DNA from: Gammaproteobacteria bacterium
Lineage (GTDB): Bacteria > Pseudomonadota > Gammaproteobacteria > Tethybacterales > Persebacteraceae
Length of the DNA stretch: 24,000 bases
Direction of reading: 5' to 3'
Assembly: GCA_020027345.1 (NCBI GenBank)
Contig: JAHRAH010000140.1
Span: 1-24,000 of the forward strand
Shown here: positions 6,871-13,814 of the stretch, one piece after another
Numbering within the stretch: the stretch's first letter is position 1
Layout of the letters: each line of letters opens with the position of its first letter
Notes under the pieces: generated by a model
The model's database searches: none
What the model was told of the DNA's origin: nothing
Seen by the model: the letters and a program-made list of their open reading frames with translations, nothing else
Made by a program: the position numbers and the translations under genes

Positions 6871-6922
6871 CAAATTAACCCCCCCCCCATCTCCGATGGG
6901 GGGGGCTGGGGGGGGGAAACCC
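6871..6922. repeat. Poly-C/poly-G hairpin element, copy B3
   Basis: Layout is CAAATTAAC, C10-ATC (6879-6891), TCC, GAT-G8 (6895-6905), CT, G9 (6908-6916), AAA, CCC. Confidence 0.85.
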
Positions 6923-8347
6923 AAACCCCAAAAAATCCGCACCCGCTTCGCCCCCTCCCCCACCGGAAACCTCCACATCGGCGGCGCCCGCACGGCCCTC
7001 TTCAATTGGATATGCGCCCGCCAAACCGGCGGAGAATTCATCCTCCGCTTTGAAGACACCGACACAGCCCGCAGCACAAAAGAATTCGCCGAATCCATTA
7101 AAAAAGATTTGCAGTGGCTCGGACTGCACTGGGACGGCGAACCCCAAAAACAAAGCGCGCGCGCGAACCGTCACCGCGAACTCGCCGAACAACTGTTGCA
7201 AAGCGGCGCCGCATACCGCTGCTATTGCGCCCCCGAAGAACTCGCCGCAATGCGCGAAGCCCAACTCGCCCGCGGCGAAAGCCCCCGCTACGACCGCCGC
7301 TGGCGCGATTCCAAAAAAAGCCCCCCGCCCGGAATAAAACCCGCGCTGCGTTTGAAAGCCCCGCTAAGCGGCGAAAGCGTTTTTGCCGACGCCGTCAAGG
7401 GAAAAATGACCGTCGCCAATTCCGAACTGGACGATTTTGTTTTGCTGCGCGCAAACGGCGCCCCGACTTACAATCTGGCGAATGTCGCCGACGATATGGA
7501 CGGCGAAATAACGCACATCATCCGCGGCGACGACCATCTGATGAACACGCACCGTCAATTGCAATTGTTTTCCGCCCTCGGAAAAAAGCCGCCGGTTTTC
7601 GCGCACCTGCCGATGATTCTCGCGCGCGCGCAAAACGAAAGCGGCGAAACAATAAAGGACAAAAAAGGCGAAACGGTATACGAAAGAATGTCCAAGCGCG
7701 CCGCCGCCGCCGGCATCGCCGAATGCCGCGAAAACGGATTTTTGCCGGAAGCCGTCGTCAACTACCTCGCGCGATTGTCGTGGGCGAAAGGCGACGCCGA
7801 AATCTTTGATGCCAACTTTCTGCTCGCCCACTTCTCGCTCGCGACGGTAACCCCCTCCCCCGCGCGCCACAACCCCGAAAAAATGCAATGGCTCAACCGC
7901 GAACATCTGCACAACCTCCCCCCCGAAGAAGCAAACCGCCGCGCAAAAAAACTCACAAACGGCGAACTGCAAATCAGCGACGAAGCCGCCGCATTAATCC
8001 TCCCCCGCGCCGAAACCCTGCGCGACTTCGCCCACCGCGCAAAATTCTTCCAAACCGCCCCTCCCCCGAACAAGGAATTACTTGTGCAACACCCCCTCCC
8101 CGATTCCTTCCCCGCCCTAATCGCCGCATTGGATGCAATCCCCGAAAGCGAATGGCATCCCCCCGCCATCAAAACCGCCATCCAAAAAACCGCAAAAGCG
8201 TCCGGATTAAAATTCCCCCAACTCGCAATGCCCCTCCGCGTCCTCCTAACCGCCCAAAAAGAATCCCCCGACATAACCCAAACCACCGCCCTCCTAGGCA
8301 AACCCGAAACCTTAAAACGGCTGTCGGCTTTTTCCGAAATCGGATAA
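6896..8347 (+). CDS. gltX: Glutamyl-tRNA synthetase
   Basis: KIRTRFAPSPTGNLHIGGARTALFNW carries the HIGH-type motif, and MSKR is a KMSKS-like motif. GluRS-like sequence continues throughout. The only in-frame start near the conserved N-terminus is ATG 6896, inside the B3 hairpin. The track ORF from 6353 overlaps serS and reads through the repeats. Confidence 0.85.
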   Translation: MGGAGGGKPKPQKIRTRFAPSPTGNLHIGGARTALFNWICARQTGGEFILRFEDTDTARSTKEFAESIKKDLQWLGLHWDGEPQKQSARANRHRELAEQLLQSGAAYRCYCAPEELAAMREAQLARGESPRYDRRWRDSKKSPPPGIKPALRLKAPLSGESVFADAVKGKMTVANSELDDFVLLRANGAPTYNLANVADDMDGEITHIIRGDDHLMNTHRQLQLFSALGKKPPVFAHLPMILARAQNESGETIKDKKGETVYERMSKRAAAAGIAECRENGFLPEAVVNYLARLSWAKGDAEIFDANFLLAHFSLATVTPSPARHNPEKMQWLNREHLHNLPPEEANRRAKKLTNGELQISDEAAALILPRAETLRDFAHRAKFFQTAPPPNKELLVQHPLPDSFPALIAALDAIPESEWHPPAIKTAIQKTAKASGLKFPQLAMPLRVLLTAQKESPDITQTTALLGKPETLKRLSAFSEIG

Positions 8348-8356
8348 AATCCCGGA

Positions 8357-9178
8357 ATGCAGTCGCAGCACGGAAAAAAATGGACGCGGAAAGAAACGCT
8401 GGCGGCGTTTAACCATTACTTTCGCATTCCCTTCGGCAAATTTCACCGTAGCAATCTGGAAGTTATTCGGATTGCCGGATTGATGGGGCGCAGCCCCGGC
8501 TCGGTGTCAATGAAATTGTGCAACCTCGCCAGCCACGACGCCAAAATCAAAGGCAAAGGCAAGGCGGGATTGAAACACGCGTCCAAAATGGACGCGCAAG
8601 TGTGGGAGGAGTTTTACGCCAACCCTGACATACTTGTCCGCGAAAGCGAACAAGCCGCGGCCGCGCTGGAAAACCAAACGGTTGAGGAACACGCGCTCGC
8701 GCATTGCTTAACCGGAACTGCGGACATCCCCGAAGGGCGGGAGCAGGAGCGGGTTGTCCGGGTTCGGATTCATCAATCGTGGTTCCGCCGCGCAATTCTT
8801 TCCGACTACCGCAACCGTTGTTGTGTTACGGGGCTTGCCGTGCCGGGATTGCTGAACGCCAGCCACATCGTCCCGTGGAGCGAAAACACCAAAAATCGGC
8901 TGAACCCGGAAAATGGGCTATGCCTAAATATCCTGCACCACCGCGCTTTTGACCTGGGGATGATGACAATCACGCCGGACGGCGCGATAAAAATATCCCC
9001 CTCCCTGCGCGCCGCCGCGCGCCCCAACTCCCGCGCATCCTTCATCGCCGAAGTCCACGGCAAAAAAATAGAAATGCCCCGCAACCACCCGCCCTCCCCC
9101 GAATTCCTGAAATACCACAACCGCCAAATCTTCCAAGAAAATCTCGGCCCCGGCGGAACACCGCATTTGCCATTGTAA
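8357..9178 (+). CDS. HNH endonuclease family protein (HNH_2-type, putative restriction-like nuclease)
   Basis: 273-aa ORF. The C-terminal half reads HQSWFRRAILSDYRNRCCVTG....LNASHIVPW.....RLNPENGLCLN.LHHRAFD.G, typical of the HNH_2 family. The N-terminal region KWTRKETLAAFNHYF looks like a small helical or wHTH domain. It starts 9 nt after the gltX stop. Confidence 0.85.
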   Translation: MQSQHGKKWTRKETLAAFNHYFRIPFGKFHRSNLEVIRIAGLMGRSPGSVSMKLCNLASHDAKIKGKGKAGLKHASKMDAQVWEEFYANPDILVRESEQAAAALENQTVEEHALAHCLTGTADIPEGREQERVVRVRIHQSWFRRAILSDYRNRCCVTGLAVPGLLNASHIVPWSENTKNRLNPENGLCLNILHHRAFDLGMMTITPDGAIKISPSLRAAARPNSRASFIAEVHGKKIEMPRNHPPSPEFLKYHNRQIFQENLGPGGTPHLPL

Positions 9179-9265
9179 ACCCACGCCTTTACAAGCATTT
9201 GTCTGCGGTGTTTGCAGTCAAACCCCATAGGAGGGCGGATTTTTGTTTTGAGAGACGAATTGTTG

Positions 9266-9271
9266 TATAAT
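9266..9271 (+). promoter_or_regulatory. Candidate -10 box (TATAAT) with strong Shine-Dalgarno AGGAGG at 9279-9284
   Basis: The sequence TTGTATAATGTGCATAGGAGGATATCCGATG contains a perfect -10 hexamer, and AGGAGG lies 6 nt before ATG 9291. The surrounding 110-nt spacer is visibly AT-richer than the rest of the window. Confidence 0.35.
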
Positions 9272-9290
9272 GTGCATAGGAGGATATCCG

Positions 9291-10274
9291 ATGCTGAAAC
9301 AACCCTTGGGAAAATTAATGTCTGTCAACTTGCAGGATGTGTGGGAAACGGAAGCCGGGGGCTTTACGCCCTGGCTGGCGGCGCACATTGGAATTCTCGC
9401 CGACGCCATTGGCTTGGAACTCGAGAACCCGGAAAAAGAAAAACAGGTGGGTGCGTTCAGTGCGGACATTTTGTGCAAGGATGCCAGCGACGGCTCGCTA
9501 GTGGTGGTGGAAAACCAAATGGGGAAATCCGACCACAAACACCTGGGGCAAATTCTGACTTACGCGACGGGCTTGCACGCAAAAACAGTTGTCTGGATTG
9601 CGCGTGAATTTCGCGAAGAACACCGTGCCGCGCTGGACTTGCTCAACGCCAACATGAAGGAGGAATACCGTTTTTTTGGGTTGGAAGTGGAGTTGTGGAA
9701 AATCGGCGATTCCAAACCCGCGCCAAAGTTGAGCGTCGTTGTCAGCCCCAACGATTGGAGCAAGGATGTGTTTCGCGCAAGCAAGGGTGAAATGTCCGAG
9801 TCCGAAGCGCGGTGGTTGCTTTACTGGACGGAGTTTGCTAAGTACCTGGACGAATCGGCTTTTCATCTTTCCGCTCGGAAGCCGCGTCCTAGCAATTGGA
9901 TGAATTTCGCAGTTGGGCGCAGCGGCGTAAAAATATCCGCTTGCTGGAAAAACAGTGGGCGCCGATTGGAAGTGCAACTTCGCGCAACCGACCAAAACGC
10001 CGAGGCGTTTTACGGTTTGCTTGCCGAAGAGGCGCAGGCGATTGACAGGCAAATCGGCTTTTCGCTGGATTGGGAAGCCGGGCGCCCCGCCTCCGGCAAA
10101 AAAAGGGCGTATATTTGCGCTGGCAAGGACGACGCCGACATCAAAGTCAAAAGCAAGTGGAAAAACCAGCATCAATGGCTGGCGGACACCGTGCGGAAAT
10201 TTGACAGCGTTTTTCGCGAGCGCGTCAAAGAACTAAACCCCGAAGATTGGGATGCCAATCAAGAGAACGATTGA
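9291..10274 (+). CDS. PD-(D/E)xK (NucS/DUF91-like) nuclease-fold N-domain fused to a DUF4268-like C-domain
   Basis: The N-terminal motif FSADILCKD...LVVVENQMGKSDHKHLGQILTYA is the D...ENQ...HLGQ..TY signature of NucS-like PD-(D/E)xK modules. The C-terminal about 170 aa (WLLYWTEF..YL....R....NWMNF..G..G......W) resembles DUF4268. ATG 9291 has a canonical SD. The track start at 9270 lies inside the -10 box. Confidence 0.8.
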   Translation: MLKQPLGKLMSVNLQDVWETEAGGFTPWLAAHIGILADAIGLELENPEKEKQVGAFSADILCKDASDGSLVVVENQMGKSDHKHLGQILTYATGLHAKTVVWIAREFREEHRAALDLLNANMKEEYRFFGLEVELWKIGDSKPAPKLSVVVSPNDWSKDVFRASKGEMSESEARWLLYWTEFAKYLDESAFHLSARKPRPSNWMNFAVGRSGVKISACWKNSGRRLEVQLRATDQNAEAFYGLLAEEAQAIDRQIGFSLDWEAGRPASGKKRAYICAGKDDADIKVKSKWKNQHQWLADTVRKFDSVFRERVKELNPEDWDANQEND

Positions 10275-10285
10275 CGGCGAGAGCG

Positions 10286-10313
10286 AGGCAGGACTAGCCG
10301 CCCTGTCCTGCTT
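10286..10313 (+). terminator. Weak hairpin downstream of the DUF4268-like gene
   Basis: GCAGGAC (10288-10294) pairs with GTCCTGC (10305-10311), extendable by two pairs, with a 10-nt loop. It is followed only by TTT, so it is not a strong intrinsic terminator. Confidence 0.25.
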
Positions 10314-10397
10314 TCCGCCGTTGTTGGTGGAGAGCATCGCCGTGCGGGGGGATAAAACCTTCGGGCATTGGGAACGCAGAGTATAACCGCCAAACGG

Positions 10398-10486
10398 CGG
10401 AGAGGGAGGGATTCGAACCCTCGATGGAGTTTTTGCCCCATACTCCCTTAGCAGGGGAGCGCCTTCAGCCGCTCGGCCACCTCTCC
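10398..10486 (-). tRNA. tRNA-Ser (anticodon GCU)
   Basis: The reverse complement reads GGAGAGGTGGCCGAGCGGCTGAAGGCGCTCCCCTGCTAAGGGAG..long variable arm..GAGGGTTCGAATCCCTCCCTCTCCG. It has a 7-bp acceptor stem, a D-loop with GG, the anticodon loop CT-GCT-AA, a long extra arm typical of Ser, and a T-loop TTCGAAT. CCA is not encoded. Confidence 0.9.
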
Positions 10487-10496
10487 TTTTTATATT

Positions 10497-11750
10497 CTAT
10501 TCCCCGCGCGGGGTTTGTGTTGTTTCTTCTTCGGCGCCGTTTTCCAGGCCGAAGGCGTCGTGCAGCAAACGGACGGCGTCGTCCACGCGCGATTCTTCAA
10601 TCACCGCGGATATTTTTATTTCCGAAGTGGAAATCATTTGTATGTTTATTCCGCCTTCGGCGAGCGCGGCGAACATTTTCGCGGCGACACCGGCGTGCGA
10701 GCGCATTCCGACTCCGACTACGGAAACTTTGCCGATGCCTTCGTCGCCGGTAACCGTCTCCGCGCCGATATCCCCGCCCGCGCCGCGCGCGCATTCCAAA
10801 GCCGCCGCATAATCGCCGCGGTCCACGGTAAAGGAAAAATCCGTGCGCCCGTCGTGCGATATGTTTTGCACTATCATATCCACATTGATGTTTTCCGCGC
10901 CCAGCCGCGCCAGCAAACGCCCGGCGACGCCCGGACGGTCGGGAACGCGCACGAGAGTTATTTTCGCCTCGCCCCTGTTGAAAGCGATGCCGGTGATAAT
11001 CGGTTCCTCCATTGCGCTGCTCCTGCTGCATAAAACAAGCGTGCCGCCGTTTTTGTTTTCTTCCGCCGACGACAAAACGCGCAGCGGCACGCGGTATTTT
11101 CCGGCGAAGGCCACCGCGCGCGGCTGCAATACTTTGGAACCGAGCGACGCCATTTCCAGCATTTCCTCAAAATGCACGGTCTTAAGCCGCCGCGCTTTTT
11201 CGCAAACGCGCGGGTCGGTCGTGTGGATGCCGTCCACATCGGTGTAGATTTGGCATTCGTCGGCGGCGAGCGCGGCGGCGAGCGCGACCGCAGTCGTGTC
11301 CGAGCCGCCGCGCCCGAGCGTTGTCGTGTCGCCGTTCGCCGCGCGCCCCTGAAAGCCGGCGACGACGGGCGTGATTCCTTCCGCGACCGCCGCGCGCAAA
11401 GCCGCCGTGTCTATGCCGAGTATGCGCGCTTTGCCGTGCGCTTCGTCGGTGAGAATGCCCGCCTGTTTGCCGCTGAAACTCTTCGCCGCGACGCCGATTT
11501 TGCGCAGTGCCAAAGCCGTCAGTCCGGCGCAAATCTGTTCGCCGCTCGCCAAAACCGCGTCGTATTCGCGCGCGTCGTCCGCGCCCCATTCTTCGCAGGC
11601 GGCGAGCAGGCGGTCGGTCTCGCCGCCCATCGCCGAAACGACGACGACGACATCCGCGCGCGCGCGCGACTCCCGCACCCGCCGCGCCGCCGCCGCGATG
11701 CGCGCGGAATCCCCCACGGAAGTCCCCCCGAATTTTTGCACAACCAGCAT
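10497..11750 (-). CDS. lysC: Aspartate kinase (monofunctional, two ACT domains)
   Basis: Motifs present: MLVVQKFGGTSV, VVVVSAMGG.TD, TTLGRGGSDTTA, IYTDVDG..T.DPR. The C-terminal ACT repeats include an internal MEEPIITGIAF. Stop TAG is at 10497-10499, 10 nt from the tRNA-Ser 5' end. Confidence 0.93.
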   Translation of the reverse strand: MLVVQKFGGTSVGDSARIAAAARRVRESRARADVVVVVSAMGGETDRLLAACEEWGADDAREYDAVLASGEQICAGLTALALRKIGVAAKSFSGKQAGILTDEAHGKARILGIDTAALRAAVAEGITPVVAGFQGRAANGDTTTLGRGGSDTTAVALAAALAADECQIYTDVDGIHTTDPRVCEKARRLKTVHFEEMLEMASLGSKVLQPRAVAFAGKYRVPLRVLSSAEENKNGGTLVLCSRSSAMEEPIITGIAFNRGEAKITLVRVPDRPGVAGRLLARLGAENINVDMIVQNISHDGRTDFSFTVDRGDYAAALECARGAGGDIGAETVTGDEGIGKVSVVGVGMRSHAGVAAKMFAALAEGGINIQMISTSEIKISAVIEESRVDDAVRLLHDAFGLENGAEEETTQTPRGE

Positions 11751-11772
11751 TTCTTAATTCTAACAAACCAAC

Positions 11773-11892
11773 CGTCATTCCTGCGAAAGCCGGAATCCAT
11801 ACGGAGCCGGCGGAAAAGGTGAATTCCCCCCCCGCGCGAAAACAACGAGAAGGCAAAGCAAGTATGGATTCCTGCTTTCGCAGGAATGACGG
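11773..11892. repeat. dRS3-like inverted pair D1 (MITE/NIME-like unit)
   Basis: CGTCATTCCTGCGAAAGCCGGAATCCATACGG (11773-11804) is matched by its inverted copy GTATGGATTCCTGCTTTCGCAGGAATGACGG (11862-11892), with a 57-nt spacer. Each arm is itself an ATTCC-N-GGAAT palindrome. It lies in the divergent lysC/phyH-like intergenic region. Confidence 0.85.
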
Positions 11893-11984
11893 CCGCGCAA
11901 AAAAAAAACCGAAAAAACTTGCGCGGCGGGGGTTTTTTTGCGCCATAATTCAAAAAAGCCCAAAGCAAAGCGGAGGGAAAAACA

Positions 11985-13019
11985 ATGACAACGCTGACGC
12001 AAGAACAACTGGCGGAGTTTCACAAAACCGGCGCGCTAGTCGTGCCCGGCGCATTGGATGCGGGATGGCTGCGGCGCGTGCGCGCGGAATACGAAGCGCG
12101 CGCCGAATATTTGCTCGCGCGCCTTGGCTTGTCCGCGGCGGGCGGCTTTGACGAAAAAATGTCGCGCCTTATCGTCAGCCGCCCGGAGTCCTACGAGCAT
12201 CTGGACATTTCGCTGCCGATGATTTCCGACATGGCCTCGCGCGCGCGCGATTGGGAAAAACTCTTCGGCGAAAAATGGCGCGAAGAAGCCGGAATATTCG
12301 CGCCGAATTCGGTTATGGAATTGCTCGCGCATCCGAACATCGTCGCAATCGCAAAACAAACGCTGGGCGAAACTTCCGTCGCCGCGAGTCCGGTGCAGCA
12401 CGCGCGCATAAAACCGCCGCAGCGGTTGCTGCCGGAAGCGGCGGCGGGGGACGCGAATATGTCGCGCACGCTTTGGCATCAGGACGAAGCCGTCGTAACC
12501 GAAGACGCGCGCGGCGTGGAAATTCTCACGGTGTGGGCGGCGGTAACGGAAGCGACATTGGAAAACGGCTGCATGTTCGCCGTCGCCGGCAGCCATCTCG
12601 CCGAAGACAGCGAAAACGCGCCCGACTTCGGTTTGACAACGCACTGCCCGGGCAAAAAACTCGCCGCCGAAATATACATTCCCGATTCGCTGGTTAAAAG
12701 CGGAAAGGTAATTCCGTTAATCGCAAAACCCGGCGACATCGTTTTGCTGAATAAGCGGACGATACACGGCGCGGGCGAAAACCGTTCGCGGGGACTGCGA
12801 TGGAGTTTTGACTTGCGCTATCAGAAAGCCGGAACGCCGAGCGGGCGCGAATGTTTTCCCTCCGCCCCCGTCGCCGGCGAAGGCGCGCTGACGGCGGCCG
12901 ACGCGGAATACTACCGCGAAAGTTGGCTGCGCGCGCGCGATAAAATAATCGCCGGAGAAATCCCCGCGGTGTTTAACGACCGCTGGAACAAATACCACAG
13001 CGCGCAAATTTGCGCGTGA
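11985..13019 (+). CDS. Phytanoyl-CoA dioxygenase (PhyH) family Fe(II)/2-oxoglutarate dioxygenase
   Basis: 344-aa ORF with SD GGAGGG 7 nt upstream. The facial-triad candidates are WHQDE (HxD) and TIHGAGEN (distal His). The N-terminal LTQEQLAEFHKTGALVVPG is typical of PhyH-family proteins. Confidence 0.85.
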   Translation: MTTLTQEQLAEFHKTGALVVPGALDAGWLRRVRAEYEARAEYLLARLGLSAAGGFDEKMSRLIVSRPESYEHLDISLPMISDMASRARDWEKLFGEKWREEAGIFAPNSVMELLAHPNIVAIAKQTLGETSVAASPVQHARIKPPQRLLPEAAAGDANMSRTLWHQDEAVVTEDARGVEILTVWAAVTEATLENGCMFAVAGSHLAEDSENAPDFGLTTHCPGKKLAAEIYIPDSLVKSGKVIPLIAKPGDIVLLNKRTIHGAGENRSRGLRWSFDLRYQKAGTPSGRECFPSAPVAGEGALTAADAEYYRESWLRARDKIIAGEIPAVFNDRWNKYHSAQICA

Positions 13020-13036
13020 ACGCGAAAGGAAAAACA

Positions 13037-13609
13037 ATGACAGGCGAACAAAAAACGGTGTCGTTCACGCAAATGAAAAACGGCACCCGCGAAGATTACG
13101 AACTGCTCGGCGAATACGAGGAGGAATACGCGCGCGAACTGCCCGGGCGCGTTCTCGCCTCGCTGCGCGCGCTGGAACATTCCCTCGGCGGATACAAAGT
13201 TTCTCGCTTGGAACATTCGCTGCAGTCGGCGACGCGCGCTTTCCAAGCCGGCGAAAGCGAAGAACTAATAGTCGCCGCGCTCCTGCACGACATCGGCGAC
13301 GAACTCGCGCCGCATTCGCACAGCGAACTCGCCGCCGCCGTTTTGCGCCCTTTCGTTTCCGATAAAACGCACTGGATAATTAAACACCACGGCGTTTTCC
13401 AAACGGTGTATTACGCGCACCACATCGGCGGCGACCAAAACGCGCGCGAGCGTTTTCGCGGGCATAAATGGTTTGACGACGCCGCGAAGTTTTGCGAGGA
13501 TTACGACCAGAATTGCTTTGACCCCGAATTCCAAAGCAAGCCGCTGGAATTTTTTGAACCGATGCTGCGCCGCGTCCTCTCCGCCCCCCGCCCCGAATTC
13601 GTTCTATAA
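13037..13609 (+). CDS. HD-domain protein, PhnZ/TmpB/MIOX-like putative diiron oxygenase
   Basis: 190-aa ORF with SD GAAAGGA before ATG 13037. The motif string LEHSLQSA.RA...G......VAALLHDIG...H.H......IKHHG....EDYD matches my recollection of the PhnZ family (..LEHSLQ.A..A...G......LAALLHDLG..). Confidence 0.75.
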   Translation: MTGEQKTVSFTQMKNGTREDYELLGEYEEEYARELPGRVLASLRALEHSLGGYKVSRLEHSLQSATRAFQAGESEELIVAALLHDIGDELAPHSHSELAAAVLRPFVSDKTHWIIKHHGVFQTVYYAHHIGGDQNARERFRGHKWFDDAAKFCEDYDQNCFDPEFQSKPLEFFEPMLRRVLSAPRPEFVL

Positions 13610-13621
13610 CCGTCCCCCGCG

Positions 13622-13779
13622 CAAATTAACTATGCCTCCCGCCGCTTGCGGGGTAATTCGTCATTCCCGCGAAAGCGGGAATCCATACGGTCATTGTTTT
13701 TCCGCTGGATTTCGGGCGGTATAAAGTTCTGCGGTTTTCGCGGGCGAGTTATGGATTCCCGCCTTCGCGGGAATGACGG
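13622..13779. repeat. Hybrid repeat: C-type leader/hairpin fused to dRS3-like inverted pair D2
   Basis: The leader and hairpin CAAATTAACTATGCCTCCCGCCGCTTGCGGGG occupy 13622-13653. The left arm CGTCATTCCCGCGAAAGCGGGAATCCATACGG is at 13659-13690, followed by a 59-nt spacer. The inverted right arm TATGGATTCCCGCCTTCGCGGGAATGACGG is at 13750-13779. The ATTCCC-N8-GGGAAT cores are at 13663-13682 and 13755-13774. Confidence 0.85.
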
Positions 13780-13814
13780 TTAAATGCCGGGACGGTGATA
13801 TAATCCGCGCCGTT

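Noticed and set aside
6353-6895. Long N-terminal extension of gltX (track ORF start 6353), and minus-strand ORF 6520-7098
   Set aside because: The extension overlaps the serS 3' end in another frame and then reads through four repeat units. The minus-strand ORF is the reverse translation of the same repeats (PPIGDGGGVNLF appears twice).
6658-6922. CRISPR-like appearance of direct repeats B2 and B3 flanking a roughly 160-nt unique segment
   Set aside because: Only two full repeats are present. The intervening segment is itself a dispersed repeat (family A). The repeats are homopolymer-rich hairpins also found singly at 3811, and no cas genes are present.
8348-10486. Integrase, att duplication or prophage at the tRNA-Ser
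   Set aside because: There is no integrase or recombinase ORF. I could not find a direct repeat of the tRNA 3' end on the far side of the islet. Only a 9-nt resemblance (GGTGGAGAG, near 10328-10336) lies close to the tRNA itself. The islet is therefore reported as compositionally atypical, not as a defined integrative element.
11751-11984. Lysine riboswitch or leader upstream of lysC
   Set aside because: The minus-strand leader is occupied by the D1 repeat and an A/T-run palindrome. I could not recognise L-box conserved helices or motifs.
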